NCBI GenBank assembly: GCA_963770935.1
Contig: CAVYRJ010000011.1
Span: forward strand, 32,001-96,000
Source: Candidatus Bathyarchaeota archaeon
GTDB lineage: Archaea; Thermoproteota; Bathyarchaeia; Bathyarchaeales; Bathycorpusculaceae
Direction: 5' to 3'
Length of the DNA: 64,000 nucleotides
In this document: positions 29,846 to 39,395 of the stretch, piece by piece
Position numbering within the stretch: position 1 is the stretch's first letter
How the letters are laid out: each line of letters opens with the position of its first letter
Translations under genes and position numbers: made by a program
The notes under the pieces: generated by a model
Seen by the model: the letters and a program-made list of their open reading frames with translations, nothing else
Told to the model about the DNA's origin: nothing
The model's database searches: none

Positions 29846-30893
29846 TTAGTTACAATTTGTCAGAATTTTTTGTGGAAGAGCCCAATTCAGAAATGATCTA
29901 AAATCATACGAAAGCACCAAAGATGGCTCCACATAACAATGAAGACTACATTCCCGACAGTTTTGTATGTCTTTCCAGTCAAAATCAGATATCGCAGTTT
30001 TAATACTAGTATCAAAAACAGAAATGGTTTTTGCATATTCATTCCGAACATAGCAAGGCAAAACCAAATACCCTTCAGGACTTACATTAATCGTAGACCA
30101 AGGTTTGCAGACCCATCTCTTTTCTTTTGCCATCACTCCAAAATAGCCAAATGAATTTATCAATGGATAACCCTTTTTCTTCAATTCAACAAGCTTTCCA
30201 GTTATATCTCTAATTTTAAGATCTATCAGGAGTAGACGTCTGGGTTTCATAGTATTCATGAGCCATTGCCACCGATATTTTTACGTTCATTCTTTTTGCC
30301 AACTTAACCAAATCTTCGATCTCATGAATATTTTCATCCATTATTGTTGTGTTTATAATCACAGTAACCTTTTTTGAAGCTGCAATTATTCCTTGTATTG
30401 TTTTCTTGAAACAGCCACTTACACCCCTGATAGTATCGTGAGTTTTCTCTAAGCCATCTAAGGAAACGTAGATTGCGCCATTGATGTATTGGGCTATTTC
30501 GTCTATTTTGGATTCTAGAAGAGTGCCATTCGTAACTATGCTTGTTTGCAAAGGCAAAGATCTTGAGAACGCCAGAATTTTGCATAAGTCCTTTCTCAGG
30601 AGCGGTTCTCCGCCTTCAAAAGCAATCGCACAAGCACCTGAATCATAAATTCGTCTTAAGATTGCTTTTTCCTTTTCCATACTCAAATCTTTGTTAGTTC
30701 TTTTCCAGAAGGGGCACATTTTGCATCTGAGATTGCAATTATAAGTCAATTTATGGCCGCAAAACAGAGGAGCCCTCATGCCTAACACGTTTGAAAGCAA
30801 CCCGCGACTTATTCTCAGACCTAGCCGAAAAGTTTCCTGGTAATGCCCATTTCCATTCTCTTGAACTGTTGGGCAATGCAATACTTGCTTCAT
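29846..30893 (-). CDS. radical SAM protein with C-terminal Cys-rich SPASM-like domain, PTO1314-like (frameshift near 30225)
   Basis: CNLRCKMC, FEGGEPLLR, TNG and VSLDG; second frame CKPW...PCY...CRECSLHCYVEPS. Confidence 0.85.
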
Positions 30894-30948
30894 TTGTAAA
30901 TATCACTTCAAATTAATAGTACGCGCGTCCAGTAAAGCCTCACAGCGC

Positions 30949-31275
30949 TTATGAGAATATAAAACCGATTATAACTCCGACAACGAGTCCAATGCCTAGT
31001 GGTAACATGCCCATTAGAAGGATTCCATATTGAATTGCGATAGGACCGTATGTCTCTGCAATATTGCTTAATGAGCCAAGACTTAATCCGAAAAACCCAA
31101 AATAAGCAACTACAACAAGTATTATACCCGCTATAATTGCAATTTTCAACATTTTATGGACTAGATAGCCCACGATAAGTCCGATTACAAATGGAATAAT
31201 CATCAAAACAATTGGTGGCAAACCACCTATGCTTCCAGCAGTGATGAAATTAATTACTTCTTCTATCGCACCCAA
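30949..31275 (-). CDS. small hydrophobic membrane protein
   Basis: 108 aa, almost entirely hydrophobic, with GLIVGY. Confidence 0.7.
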   Translation of the reverse strand: MGAIEEVINFITAGSIGGLPPIVLMIIPFVIGLIVGYLVHKMLKIAIIAGIILVVVAYFGFFGLSLGSLSNIAETYGPIAIQYGILLMGMLPLGIGLVVGVIIGFIFS

Positions 31276-31543
31276 AATTCACACGCCCTAAGTAGGTAGT
31301 AGGTATAGCAAGCAACTATTATGTGTGCGTTGTTGTAGTTACACAGTCACATAAAATTAAGATCACTATGGTCATCCCTTTGTAGATAGAAGGATTGTTG
31401 ATAAACACTTACTGGAAAAATTCCCAGAATTGATGCGCAATAATTCAAGCTTTAAACAGTTAACAGTGAAGTAGATTGCCGTACAAGAATAAATGCAAAT
31501 GTTTAACATCATTATTTATAAATAAGGAAAAGAGGCATAAAAA

Positions 31544-31795
31544 ATGAATAAAGGCAGACTTTATGAAGAATTAATTCCAATTGAACAATTATCCTATAAA
31601 GGGTATAATACTCCTGAGCTTGCAAATGCTAAAATAAAACAAATTTTAGATGAAGTAAAAAAAGAAATGTTGCCTTTCACCGAAAAATGGGTTAATACAG
31701 AATACGAAAACCCTGATTGGAAAGCAACCTGCGAAGCTATGAATGAGAGAACAATAGCAAGAGAGAAGTGGTTTATCAAATGGTTTGGTGAATAA
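31544..31795 (+). CDS. hypothetical protein (AT-rich, near island edge)
   Basis: 83-aa ORF with a purine-rich upstream sequence; no family recognised. Confidence 0.55.
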   Translation: MNKGRLYEELIPIEQLSYKGYNTPELANAKIKQILDEVKKEMLPFTEKWVNTEYENPDWKATCEAMNERTIAREKWFIKWFGE

Positions 31796-31937
31796 AAAAT
31801 GAGCGAAGTCGAATTTGTCGATTCCGACTATACCTAAATAATTGTTGTTCTACCCTACCCCTTAGTACCTGCTACATATGCTCTAAGGCTAAAAATAATC
31901 AGAAGTTGTAGCAAAAAAGGCATTATGAAACAGGGGC

Positions 31938-32004
31938 GGGTTCAGAGTTGTGTGGAAGATGCAAGGTGTGATGGCGAGCCATCAAATGCATTCCCTCTGA
32001 ACCC
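31938..32004. other. long nested inverted repeat / hairpin
   Basis: GGGTTCAGAG/CTCTGAACCC, GGAA.ATGCA/TGCATTCC and TGATGGC/GCCATCA. Confidence 0.6.
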
Positions 32005-32081
32005 AATCTATCTGAATAGAGTTTGTCTCTAATACTTTATGAAGGCAGAATTCATACTTGGAGAATAGAATTTAGCAAGCA

Positions 32082-32123
32082 TTACGAGCCAAAAGTTGCC
32101 ACTTCAAGTCCGGCTTGACCAAC
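32082..32123 (+). repeat. degenerate direct repeat of the tRNA-Val 3' half (attR-like)
   Basis: TTACGAGCCAAAAGTTGCCACTTCAAGTCCGGCTTGACCAAC matches 16286-16327 at 33/42 ungapped by manual count and begins in the anticodon loop. Confidence 0.75.
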
Positions 32124-32442
32124 AGCCACTTCACATTTTGTTTTGATGGTTCCAGAAACTGCCGGACAACACCTTGCTCATCATATCTATCGCAGTTGTT
32201 TTGGCAATCGGTGTCGGTAGGGCAATCAGCGTTTTCTTCTATCCAAAAAAGCTGAACTGAGCAAAACCAAGTTTTTAATCCTATTTTCTTCTTTTTTAGT
32301 CTTAATTTCAGAGTTACTTGATAAAATTGCAGATAACTTGATTGGTTGTTGTGTCTTAGGTGCAGTCACATATTTTTAATAACCATTCCAGCCGCATGAA
32401 TAACAATTACCGACCGGAGCTTTCGTTTGGAGGTGAATATAT

Positions 32443-32607
32443 TTGCCTAATGATGAATCGAACCTTAAGAGAACAGCGCCAAGAGTCACTGTACCTGAAC
32501 CTGAAAGAACATCGGATAAAAAATTCAAGTGCCCCTTAGATCAAGAGATCTATGATAACCGTGAGGATTACGAAGCACACTGCAAAGAAGAACACGACGT
32601 ACTATAA
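32443..32607 (+). CDS. 54-aa C2H2-like Zn-finger microprotein
   Basis: GGAGGTGA RBS and TTG start; ...FKCPLDQEIYDNREDYEAHCKEEHDVL. Confidence 0.7.
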   Translation: MPNDESNLKRTAPRVTVPEPERTSDKKFKCPLDQEIYDNREDYEAHCKEEHDVL

Positions 32608-32677
32608 ACACAGGTTAATCTATTTTGGTTCTAACGGAACAAGAAGCTTGCAGATATGGATGAAAAATGTTGATGCA

Positions 32678-32839
32678 TCATCTTATTGCTTCGTCTATTC
32701 TTGAGTCACGTTTTGTTTTTGTGACTTCCTTGAATAGTTCTAGGCACTCTTCTTTTGTTGGCGCTTCAATTCCTATGCTGCCATAAGCCCCTATGTCTAT
32801 TCTGTATTTTCTTCTCTCTCTGTCTTCACCCTGGCTCAT
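32678..32839 (-). CDS. 53-aa hypothetical microprotein
   Basis: MSQGEDRERRKYRIDIGAYGSIGIEAPTKEECLELFKEVTKTKRDSRIDEAIR, with a G-rich RBS-like sequence upstream. Confidence 0.6.
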   Translation of the reverse strand: MSQGEDRERRKYRIDIGAYGSIGIEAPTKEECLELFKEVTKTKRDSRIDEAIR

Positions 32840-32887
32840 AGGCCCCTCTCCCCCTCAAATTGGAATTTAATTATCTATGTACACAAT

Positions 32888-33671
32888 TTATAAGGTTAAT
32901 GCATGTTCATTCAGTAAATCAAGACTCTTTTTAGCATTAAAAACCACAAATACCGAATTTCGCAGATATCTACCAACTATCCCAACCAAACCAGCTGCAT
33001 TAGTCCCAAGCTTACAAGTAAGTGCATGCTCAAACATCCCCATTGTTTCGATGCCAATCACATCCCGATTCAACCGCGTTCGCTCAAGCACATTCTCAAT
33101 CGTCTTCTCTGAGGCACCTAAAATAATTAGTCTATCCAAAAGCGACTGCTGCCACGCCTTAAGCTTCTCAACCTGCTCCATCGACAGCTCCGCCGGCAAC
33201 AACTCGCCTTCCTCAGCAACTGGAAATAATGGCTTGATGCTTAGCGGTGAACGTTCAGCGAAAGCGAAGGCTTCCACGATTTTCTTCAAATCCTCCTTTT
33301 TGCCTTCAACCAGTTGCTCTTGCAAGCAAGCTAAAGGTATAGTTGCCAAAACTATTTTGGGTTCAAAAATTCCAACATCCACAACCAACTCTTGCTTAGC
33401 CAGGTCAAGTTTGGATATGTATCCTCTTAGAACATGGGTGGGTTTTTGCGTTTTCAAGACTTGTGGGGCAGGTACCTATTTCTTTGTTAATGTAGCTTGT
33501 CGCTATGGCTTCATCTTCGCCTGAAAGCGAAACTTGAACCCACCTGTTAGCGGAGTTGGTTAAAACTTTAACTTCCACATCTAATTCTTCGAATTGTGTT
33601 TTTAGCAATTCATCTATTTGTTTTACTTGTCCAAGGTTCGAAGCCTTAACTAGTAACGTTAATTCGGTCAT
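32888..33671 (-). CDS. DUF2110-family protein (frameshift near 33455)
   Basis: VSLSGEDEAIA..Y...EIG in the first frame; RDVIGIETMG.FEHAL.CK.GT.A.G in the second; located in the TFE operon. Confidence 0.78.
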
Positions 33672-34198
33672 AGTTTGTTGCCTAGTAAACTGGTTATTTC
33701 TTCATGCAGCTTTCTAACTCTTTCTGCCGCTTCACTCTTATTTTCTTTCTCCAGCCGCCCAATCTCAGTTTCAATCGGAATTCTTTTCGACTGATCAATC
33801 AGTTTGTCAGCGAAGGAGACAACTTTCTCCTCCAGTGTTTGAGGTATGTAATTGTCTTTTGGCCAGCCCAGCCATTTTGCTTCCTCATCTGTGATTCCTG
33901 CGCCAACGTGCCGCTTAATTATGTTAATTACTATGTCTGGTAAGCCTATTTCTTTTGCTATTTGTGCTCCAACGATTGCGTGGTCGACTGTGTGCTTTTT
34001 TGAGCGGCCAAGATCATGCAAAAGTGCACCCGCCTCAACCAGTCGAATGTTAATTTTTAGTCCATTAGCTTCAAGTTTGGTAGCGGTTTCTACAGCTAAA
34101 TCGGCGACTGCTATACAATGGTTAACGACTTGAGTCGAACAGTGGTTTTTGCGGAGAAGTTCTATTGCTTGCTCCCTATTCGGAAGCCCGCTACTCAC
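33668..34198 (-). CDS. HDIG-domain metal-dependent phosphohydrolase (TIGR00295-like)
   Basis: NHC, LLHDLGR, HAIVG, RHVGAG and PQTLEEKVVSFADK. Confidence 0.9.
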   Translation of the reverse strand: MSSGLPNREQAIELLRKNHCSTQVVNHCIAVADLAVETATKLEANGLKINIRLVEAGALLHDLGRSKKHTVDHAIVGAQIAKEIGLPDIVINIIKRHVGAGITDEEAKWLGWPKDNYIPQTLEEKVVSFADKLIDQSKRIPIETEIGRLEKENKSEAAERVRKLHEEITSLLGNKL

Positions 34199-34703
34199 CC
34201 AGTTCCTTCCTTAAAACCTCAACTTTCTCGGAGAGTTTATCAATCATTTTCCCGTTTGCAAAATGCACAAGGTTCTTGCCGCAAGAAGAACAGTGAAAAA
34301 CTAATTCAACAGCATCTTCAAAAGGAACCCGTTTGCATTCTGGGCTGTCACAATAATAGAAGTCATGGTTTTTTTCGTATTCCAAACGTACATTGAGTTT
34401 TTCTAAAACACGCCTTTTCTGGCTTAAAATAAAGCCCTCAAGTTGGTCGGGTTGAAGTTTCCAATGAAAAATAAACCATCCTGTCTTGGGGTCGCGTGTC
34501 CTTCTAAGGCTCACAAGAGAGTGGTCATAGAGTTTATAGAGGATTTTGCGCACTGAATTAAGGCGGATACCTGTTTTATTCGCGATTTCATCATCCGTTA
34601 TCTCTTCCACACCTTTCAAGTGAGCTATAAGTTGTACCGCTTCTTCACCACCTAACGCCAAAGCAACTTTAGTTAAGGTTGAATCATCAATAGTAGATAA
34701 CAT
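34191..34703 (-). CDS. tfe: transcription initiation factor E (TFE alpha)
   Basis: TDDEIA...LNSVRKILYKLY..SLV..RR.RD..TGWFIFHW winged helix and a Zn ribbon. Confidence 0.93.
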   Translation of the reverse strand: MLSTIDDSTLTKVALALGGEEAVQLIAHLKGVEEITDDEIANKTGIRLNSVRKILYKLYDHSLVSLRRTRDPKTGWFIFHWKLQPDQLEGFILSQKRRVLEKLNVRLEYEKNHDFYYCDSPECKRVPFEDAVELVFHCSSCGKNLVHFANGKMIDKLSEKVEVLRKELGE

Positions 34704-34769
34704 ACTCTAATGTTCCTTTTTAATACCCATAATATTGATACTTGAGGTAATAAAACCCTTCCCAAAACA

Positions 34770-35369
34770 TTACGGAAAATCCACGTTATCGGTGTGGCTT
34801 TTGATCAATTTGCCTCTTTCCTTGGGAACAATCTCGATTTTGGCTTTCTCAAATGATTTAGCCAGTTCTTTACCTTCAAAGTAGCGGTCCAGAAAAATCG
34901 CCAAAGCTGAACACTCTGAGTGGGGCTGGTTTCCTACTGCCACGTTGAAATCTGAGAATTCTTCTGAGTAGAATTCGCCTGGAACCTTTTGGCTTCCCAC
35001 TAGCAACATAACGGGTTTGCCTGCAGCCTTTATTCGTCCGACAACATCGCTTGTTTGAATGTTCTCGCCGTAAGCTGTCAAATGCACAATGATGCCGCCT
35101 TTGGCTTTCCAGTCGCGGACAGCTTTTTTCCATGAGGTTCCCATTTCAAAGTGGAAGTTGCCACCCCAAGCTTTGGTGATTTTGGTCACGGTTTCCTGTA
35201 TATGAGCGTCTTCGACATCAGCTAAGATGAAGCCTGAAGCACAAAGTGCCCTAGCAGTTAGAGCAACATGAGTAGTCAATCGTACGTCACGTTGTGGTCG
35301 ATGTCCCCACCTTAACACAAAAACTTGGTGCAAATCATTGGGCGGCTGGGATGATTTGGAATTTTCCAT
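34770..35369 (-). CDS. trm56: tRNA (cytidine(56)-2'-O)-methyltransferase aTrm56
   Basis: LRWGHRPQRDVRLTTHVALTARA, VHLTAYG, VGSQKVP and VGNQPHSE. Confidence 0.95.
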   Translation of the reverse strand: MENSKSSQPPNDLHQVFVLRWGHRPQRDVRLTTHVALTARALCASGFILADVEDAHIQETVTKITKAWGGNFHFEMGTSWKKAVRDWKAKGGIIVHLTAYGENIQTSDVVGRIKAAGKPVMLLVGSQKVPGEFYSEEFSDFNVAVGNQPHSECSALAIFLDRYFEGKELAKSFEKAKIEIVPKERGKLIKSHTDNVDFP

Positions 35370-36579
35370 TTAAATCTTCCACTTTTCTTCTTACTTGCTC
35401 AGTTATAGATAAGCTGGCTTCAAAATACACTTCGACAGAATCGTTGGTGAAGGTTTCTTTTTGGATATGGGTTTTTTCGTGAACCCAAGAGATAAACGGC
35501 ATCACCTTGCCTGTTAATGGTACAGAAAACTTGGCTTGCTGGTAATTTTCAAGGATTCGAAGGATTTGTTTTCGTAGTTCATCAAGGTTTGTTTGGCATT
35601 TTGCTGAAAGGAGAATTGGGTTTTTCACTTTATCTTTTAACGCTTCGAGTTTCTGCTGCGTTTCCTCAGGTGTTAGTTTGTCAATTTTGTTTAGAGCAGT
35701 TATAGTGGGTATGCCGCATGCTCCAAGGCGTTCAATTGTATCTAGGCAAACGTTGTTTTTCTTCTCGATGGTTTCTAAGGGCTCGTTTAGGTCAATTAGC
35801 ACTATTATCAGGTCAGAGAAGATGGTTTCTTCAAGAGTGGAATGGAACGCTTCGATGAGTGCAATGGGTAAGCGATCTATGAAGCCCACAGTGTCGGTTA
35901 TGAGGAACTTGCGGTTAGAAAACTCTACCATACGAGTCGTTGTTGAAAGAGTTGTAAATAGGGCATTATCCACTTCGACTGTGTCTTGTGTTAAGGCGTT
36001 GAAGAGGGAGCTTTTTCCAGAGTTAGTGTATCCTGCAAGCGAAATAGTTAGAAAACCAAGCTCAGTTCTTCTTTCCCGTTGAAGAACCCTTTTTTCCCGC
36101 ACTCTTTCGAGTTTTTTAAGAATTGTTTGAACCTGCCTTTTTATGGCATCTCGGTAAACATCTGCTTCGTAAGCGCCAAGACCCATAAAACCAGGCTGCT
36201 CACTTCCCTTGGATAATCTGACTTTTTCTCTGGCATGTTTGAGTTCATTTCGCACCATCGCAAGCTGAATTTGCAGTTGAGCTTCAGTTGTCGTAGCTCT
36301 TTTATTAAATAATTCAAGGATAAGGGCAAATCGGTCGATGACTTCGACTTTGGTTGCTTTTGCAAGGTTGTAGGTTTGTACTGTGCGGAGCTGGTTGTCA
36401 AAAATTATTTTGCCAGCGCCTGTTTCCTGCACCATTCGGGCGAGCTCTTCAACTTTTCCCGCGCCAATCTGGTAACGTGAATCAGGCGGACGGGTTTGCT
36501 CCATTGTGCCGACAATAGTGTAGCCAGCAGCTTGCGCTAATGCTTTAAGTTCATCTAAAGTTGATTCTTCACGATTCAA
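35335..36579 (-). CDS. hflX: GTPase HflX
   Basis: IGAGKVEEL, GYTNSGKSSL, LFTTL, DTVGF and NKID. Confidence 0.95.
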   Translation of the reverse strand: MNREESTLDELKALAQAAGYTIVGTMEQTRPPDSRYQIGAGKVEELARMVQETGAGKIIFDNQLRTVQTYNLAKATKVEVIDRFALILELFNKRATTTEAQLQIQLAMVRNELKHAREKVRLSKGSEQPGFMGLGAYEADVYRDAIKRQVQTILKKLERVREKRVLQRERRTELGFLTISLAGYTNSGKSSLFNALTQDTVEVDNALFTTLSTTTRMVEFSNRKFLITDTVGFIDRLPIALIEAFHSTLEETIFSDLIIVLIDLNEPLETIEKKNNVCLDTIERLGACGIPTITALNKIDKLTPEETQQKLEALKDKVKNPILLSAKCQTNLDELRKQILRILENYQQAKFSVPLTGKVMPFISWVHEKTHIQKETFTNDSVEVYFEASLSITEQVRRKVEDLNGKFQIIPAAQ

Positions 36580-36590
36580 TCGGCGCTGCG

Positions 36591-37151
36591 CTATGATGGC
36601 TTTCGTTTTTTGGGCGCCTCCCCGCTTTTCTCATCAAATTCGACGAGGTCCCCTAAAGTCATTTCTTCGTTTGCTGCCCTATGAACCTGAGTGTTAGATT
36701 TTTCGTCAGCAATAGGAACCATTAACTGGATTCTCAGGGCATGTTCAAGTTTTGTGGCTAACTGGTTGTTTGGCGCCACTTTGCCTGTTTCAATGTGTCT
36801 GAGTAATGAGGCTTTTTCGTTGATTTTTTTGCCCAAATCTTCGTGACTTAGAACAAGTTTTTCTCTTGCAACTCGAATCTTGTTAGCGTACCCCTCGATG
36901 AGTTCTGTGGTTAGCTGCACTTGGGCGACTGGCGGTTTTTTTAGAATAACTGGTAAATGCATTGTTGATTTGGTTGAGGATGTCGATGGGTATGTGGATG
37001 CGGTCTTCTGCGGAGCAGGGAAGTCTGCTTGTTCATGGAGAATTACTTTTCCATGCTTGGAACATTCTATACAGACAGTTAGTTTGGCTCCTTCGATTAC
37101 TGCTCTTACTGGTTCATCATGGATTTTGCGTCCGCAAACTTCACATCTCAA
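36591..37151 (-). CDS. mbf1: archaeal multiprotein bridging factor aMBF1
   Basis: CEVCG...VIEGAKLTVC.EC Zn ribbon, HTH, and terminal TLGD. Confidence 0.92.
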   Translation of the reverse strand: MRCEVCGRKIHDEPVRAVIEGAKLTVCIECSKHGKVILHEQADFPAPQKTASTYPSTSSTKSTMHLPVILKKPPVAQVQLTTELIEGYANKIRVAREKLVLSHEDLGKKINEKASLLRHIETGKVAPNNQLATKLEHALRIQLMVPIADEKSNTQVHRAANEEMTLGDLVEFDEKSGEAPKKRKPS

Positions 37152-37233
37152 GAAACGTTCACCTTTTAACTGTCTTTATAATATTGATGTGTTTATACTT
37201 GTCGAAACAAAGCACTCAAACGATGATGAACTC

Positions 37234-37701
37234 ATGGAAAACAATCTAGCTAAAGTTAGAAGTATAGCTGACTACCAATTCGGAAAAGGCGTAGGCGCAC
37301 AGCTTTTCCCAGAAAACATCGAAATCCAGTATTCACCACGAACAGGCAGAATACGATACATCAACCTAAATGGCGAGCGGTTAGCAACTTTGCGCCCCAC
37401 CGATGGGTTACTTTCATTGAGCATCAAAGCCGCCCAATTCATGGCTGAGAAAACACCCTTTGCCAAATGCTTCGTTACCGCACAAAACGAGGTTTCAAAA
37501 TTTATAGCTGCTGGAGGAGACGTGTTCGCCGTTCACGTAGTCAAAGTTGATGATGCGGTGGGGGCTAAAGACGAAGTCATTGTCATAGGCGAAGACGGAC
37601 ATGTTTTGGCTGTTGGACGCACTACCCTTTCAAGCGGGGAAATCAAGGCTTTCAAAACTGGCGTAGCCGTTAAGGTGCGTCATGGGAGCAAGGAAAGTTA
37701 A
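37234..37701 (+). CDS. PUA-domain RNA-binding protein (similar to the ArcTGT C-terminal region)
   Basis: IADYQFGKG, SPRTGRIR, LATLRPTDG and GVAVKVRHG; likely start at ATG 37234. Confidence 0.88.
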   Translation: MENNLAKVRSIADYQFGKGVGAQLFPENIEIQYSPRTGRIRYINLNGERLATLRPTDGLLSLSIKAAQFMAEKTPFAKCFVTAQNEVSKFIAAGGDVFAVHVVKVDDAVGAKDEVIVIGEDGHVLAVGRTTLSSGEIKAFKTGVAVKVRHGSKES

Positions 37702-37731
37702 TTTATTTTTTTTATTTGGCTCTGACGGGTT

Positions 37732-38715
37732 TTAGCGAAGGAATACTTGGTCCGATGCTCTACTTGACTTTAAGATGATCGGGCTGTCTTGCACGACTTG
37801 TTTTGAAGAGTTCCATGTGTCTTCAACTATAATCTGAAGTTCCTGGAGCACTAAAGCTAATTTTTCTCCTTTACAGGTTAAGGCGTAGAGTTTAGGTGTT
37901 CTTCTGACGAAAATTAGTTTTTTACCTTTCAAAGCTCTTAAGCACTTGTAGGTTCTTCTCATGGAAAGCCCTGCTTCCTTAGAGAGCTTCCCAGCTGGAA
38001 CTCCCTCGTCAGTTAGGTATTGGTAAATTTTTCGTTCTGAAGCTCTCAAATTTTCTTTCTCTGGGTCTCGTTTTGTTTTGAAGAAAAATATGTAATCCCT
38101 TTGGATGGGGGTTTCTACTAAGCCGACTGAGCGTAAGCGTTTGAGGGTTCGTGAAATGCTTTTTGGAGGTATGCGCGCTTCGATGTCTTCAAATGTTTTT
38201 GGTCCTGATAGTAAGGATTGCAGAAGGGTTTCTTCGTAGCATTCAGACTTAGTTGGAAGCATTTGGACAAATTCAGGGCAATTTTCAAGTAACTCGGTTA
38301 ACCGACCGCCAAACATTGTTGCGCAGTATTCGTCTTGTACTTCTGTAGCTAGACCTGCTCTTATTAAAGGAAGTAAATAGTCTTCGCTTAGGTTTTGTTG
38401 GCTGTAGCTGTTTCCTGTTTTTTTTAGAACTTTACGCAATTGACTAATTGAGCATCTACCGTTCGCAATTGCTAGTAGAATCTGTAATCTTGATTCATTT
38501 TTTAGTACGTTAAAGAGCTCTTTTGTGTAGTTGGGGTTATCCATGGTTTCTCGCAGGTTTCTTAACTCGTTTTTTAGTTTGTATACTTGGCAACGGGTGA
38601 TGCATTCCAGGGGTGATGTGGGTGCACAGCTTCTGCATTCCGCTTCAAGTGATTTCAGCATCCCTGCTAAGTCCTGGTTTTTTTCTCCTTTTCGGCTTAT
38701 TTGGATAGTTCCCAT
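37732..38715 (-). CDS. hypothetical multi-HTH protein with N-terminal Cys cluster
   Basis: CRSC-x7-C-x3-C followed by several winged-helix-like segments. Confidence 0.7.
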   Translation of the reverse strand: MGTIQISRKGEKNQDLAGMLKSLEAECRSCAPTSPLECITRCQVYKLKNELRNLRETMDNPNYTKELFNVLKNESRLQILLAIANGRCSISQLRKVLKKTGNSYSQQNLSEDYLLPLIRAGLATEVQDEYCATMFGGRLTELLENCPEFVQMLPTKSECYEETLLQSLLSGPKTFEDIEARIPPKSISRTLKRLRSVGLVETPIQRDYIFFFKTKRDPEKENLRASERKIYQYLTDEGVPAGKLSKEAGLSMRRTYKCLRALKGKKLIFVRRTPKLYALTCKGEKLALVLQELQIIVEDTWNSSKQVVQDSPIILKSSRASDQVFLR

Positions 38716-38840
38716 TTTTTATTCTCCTGCACTGGTTTATGTCGCGCTTAAAAGCGGTAACACAGCGAATTGGAGCACCTTGTTCTTTTGCTGTGATTTC
38801 AGAGCCTAAGCGCAAAGCTTATTTTTCAAACTACAGCCAA

Positions 38841-39242
38841 CTACGTTGAACACTTGCCCAGCCTTCGTACCTGGAGTGATATGTTGGGGAGCTGGGCGTG
38901 TTCTTTGCGTTTTCTGATCTGGGACCCTTCGTTGGAGAGAGGACATTGTTCGCAGGAAACTATCGTTTCAAAATGATTTTTCAGGCATTCCCTGTTTTTT
39001 ACTTTACTGCACACTTTTGAGGGCTGAACTATCTGCTTGTACTTGAGTATGCCTACGTCAAACTGTTCGAAGTCAGGTCGACCGTTTGGAAGCCAAACTT
39101 CAAGTGTGTTCTTCTGAAATAATTCGTGCAGGTTCTGTATATCTTGCCCTCTGATTATTGGCTGAAGAATTGTCTTACCGTTCTTCTCAAAAACCATCAC
39201 AGTTACGCATTTTAGTTTAGCCTCAGACACAGCGGGATTCAT
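38841..39242 (-). CDS. hypothetical protein
   Basis: 133-aa ORF with Cys motifs (C..C, CEQCP). Confidence 0.6.
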   Translation of the reverse strand: MNPAVSEAKLKCVTVMVFEKNGKTILQPIIRGQDIQNLHELFQKNTLEVWLPNGRPDFEQFDVGILKYKQIVQPSKVCSKVKNRECLKNHFETIVSCEQCPLSNEGSQIRKRKEHAQLPNISLQVRRLGKCST

Positions 39243-39303
39243 TTGGGAGCCTCAGACACTTAAATCCAAAGCACCCTAACCCATAAAACGATTCTTGTAA
39301 AGA

Positions 39304-39320
39304 TTTCTTGTCACAAGAAA
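39304..39320. promoter_or_regulatory. perfect palindrome in a divergent promoter (candidate operator)
   Basis: TTTCTTGT-C-ACAAGAAA, plus extra TTCTTG half-sites near 39292 and 39342. Confidence 0.5.
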
Positions 39321-39395
39321 AATTGACCTAGAAAAAATGTTTTCTTGCAAAGTCTATTCGACTAAACTCTTGGAGCTTTTTTCAGATAACTTCTA

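Larger units (their letters stand above)
19711..32123. mobile_element. accessory island 2 ending at a degenerate tRNA-Val 3'-half repeat
   Basis: Non-core genes and long AT-rich spacers, with the right end at a tRNA-Val 3' repeat. Core genes resume at about 32.9 kb. No integrase seen. Confidence 0.5.

Noticed and set aside
36880-37233. N-terminal extension of the PUA-domain ORF
   Set aside because: It overlaps mbf1 on the opposite strand, and family similarity begins at Met 37234.
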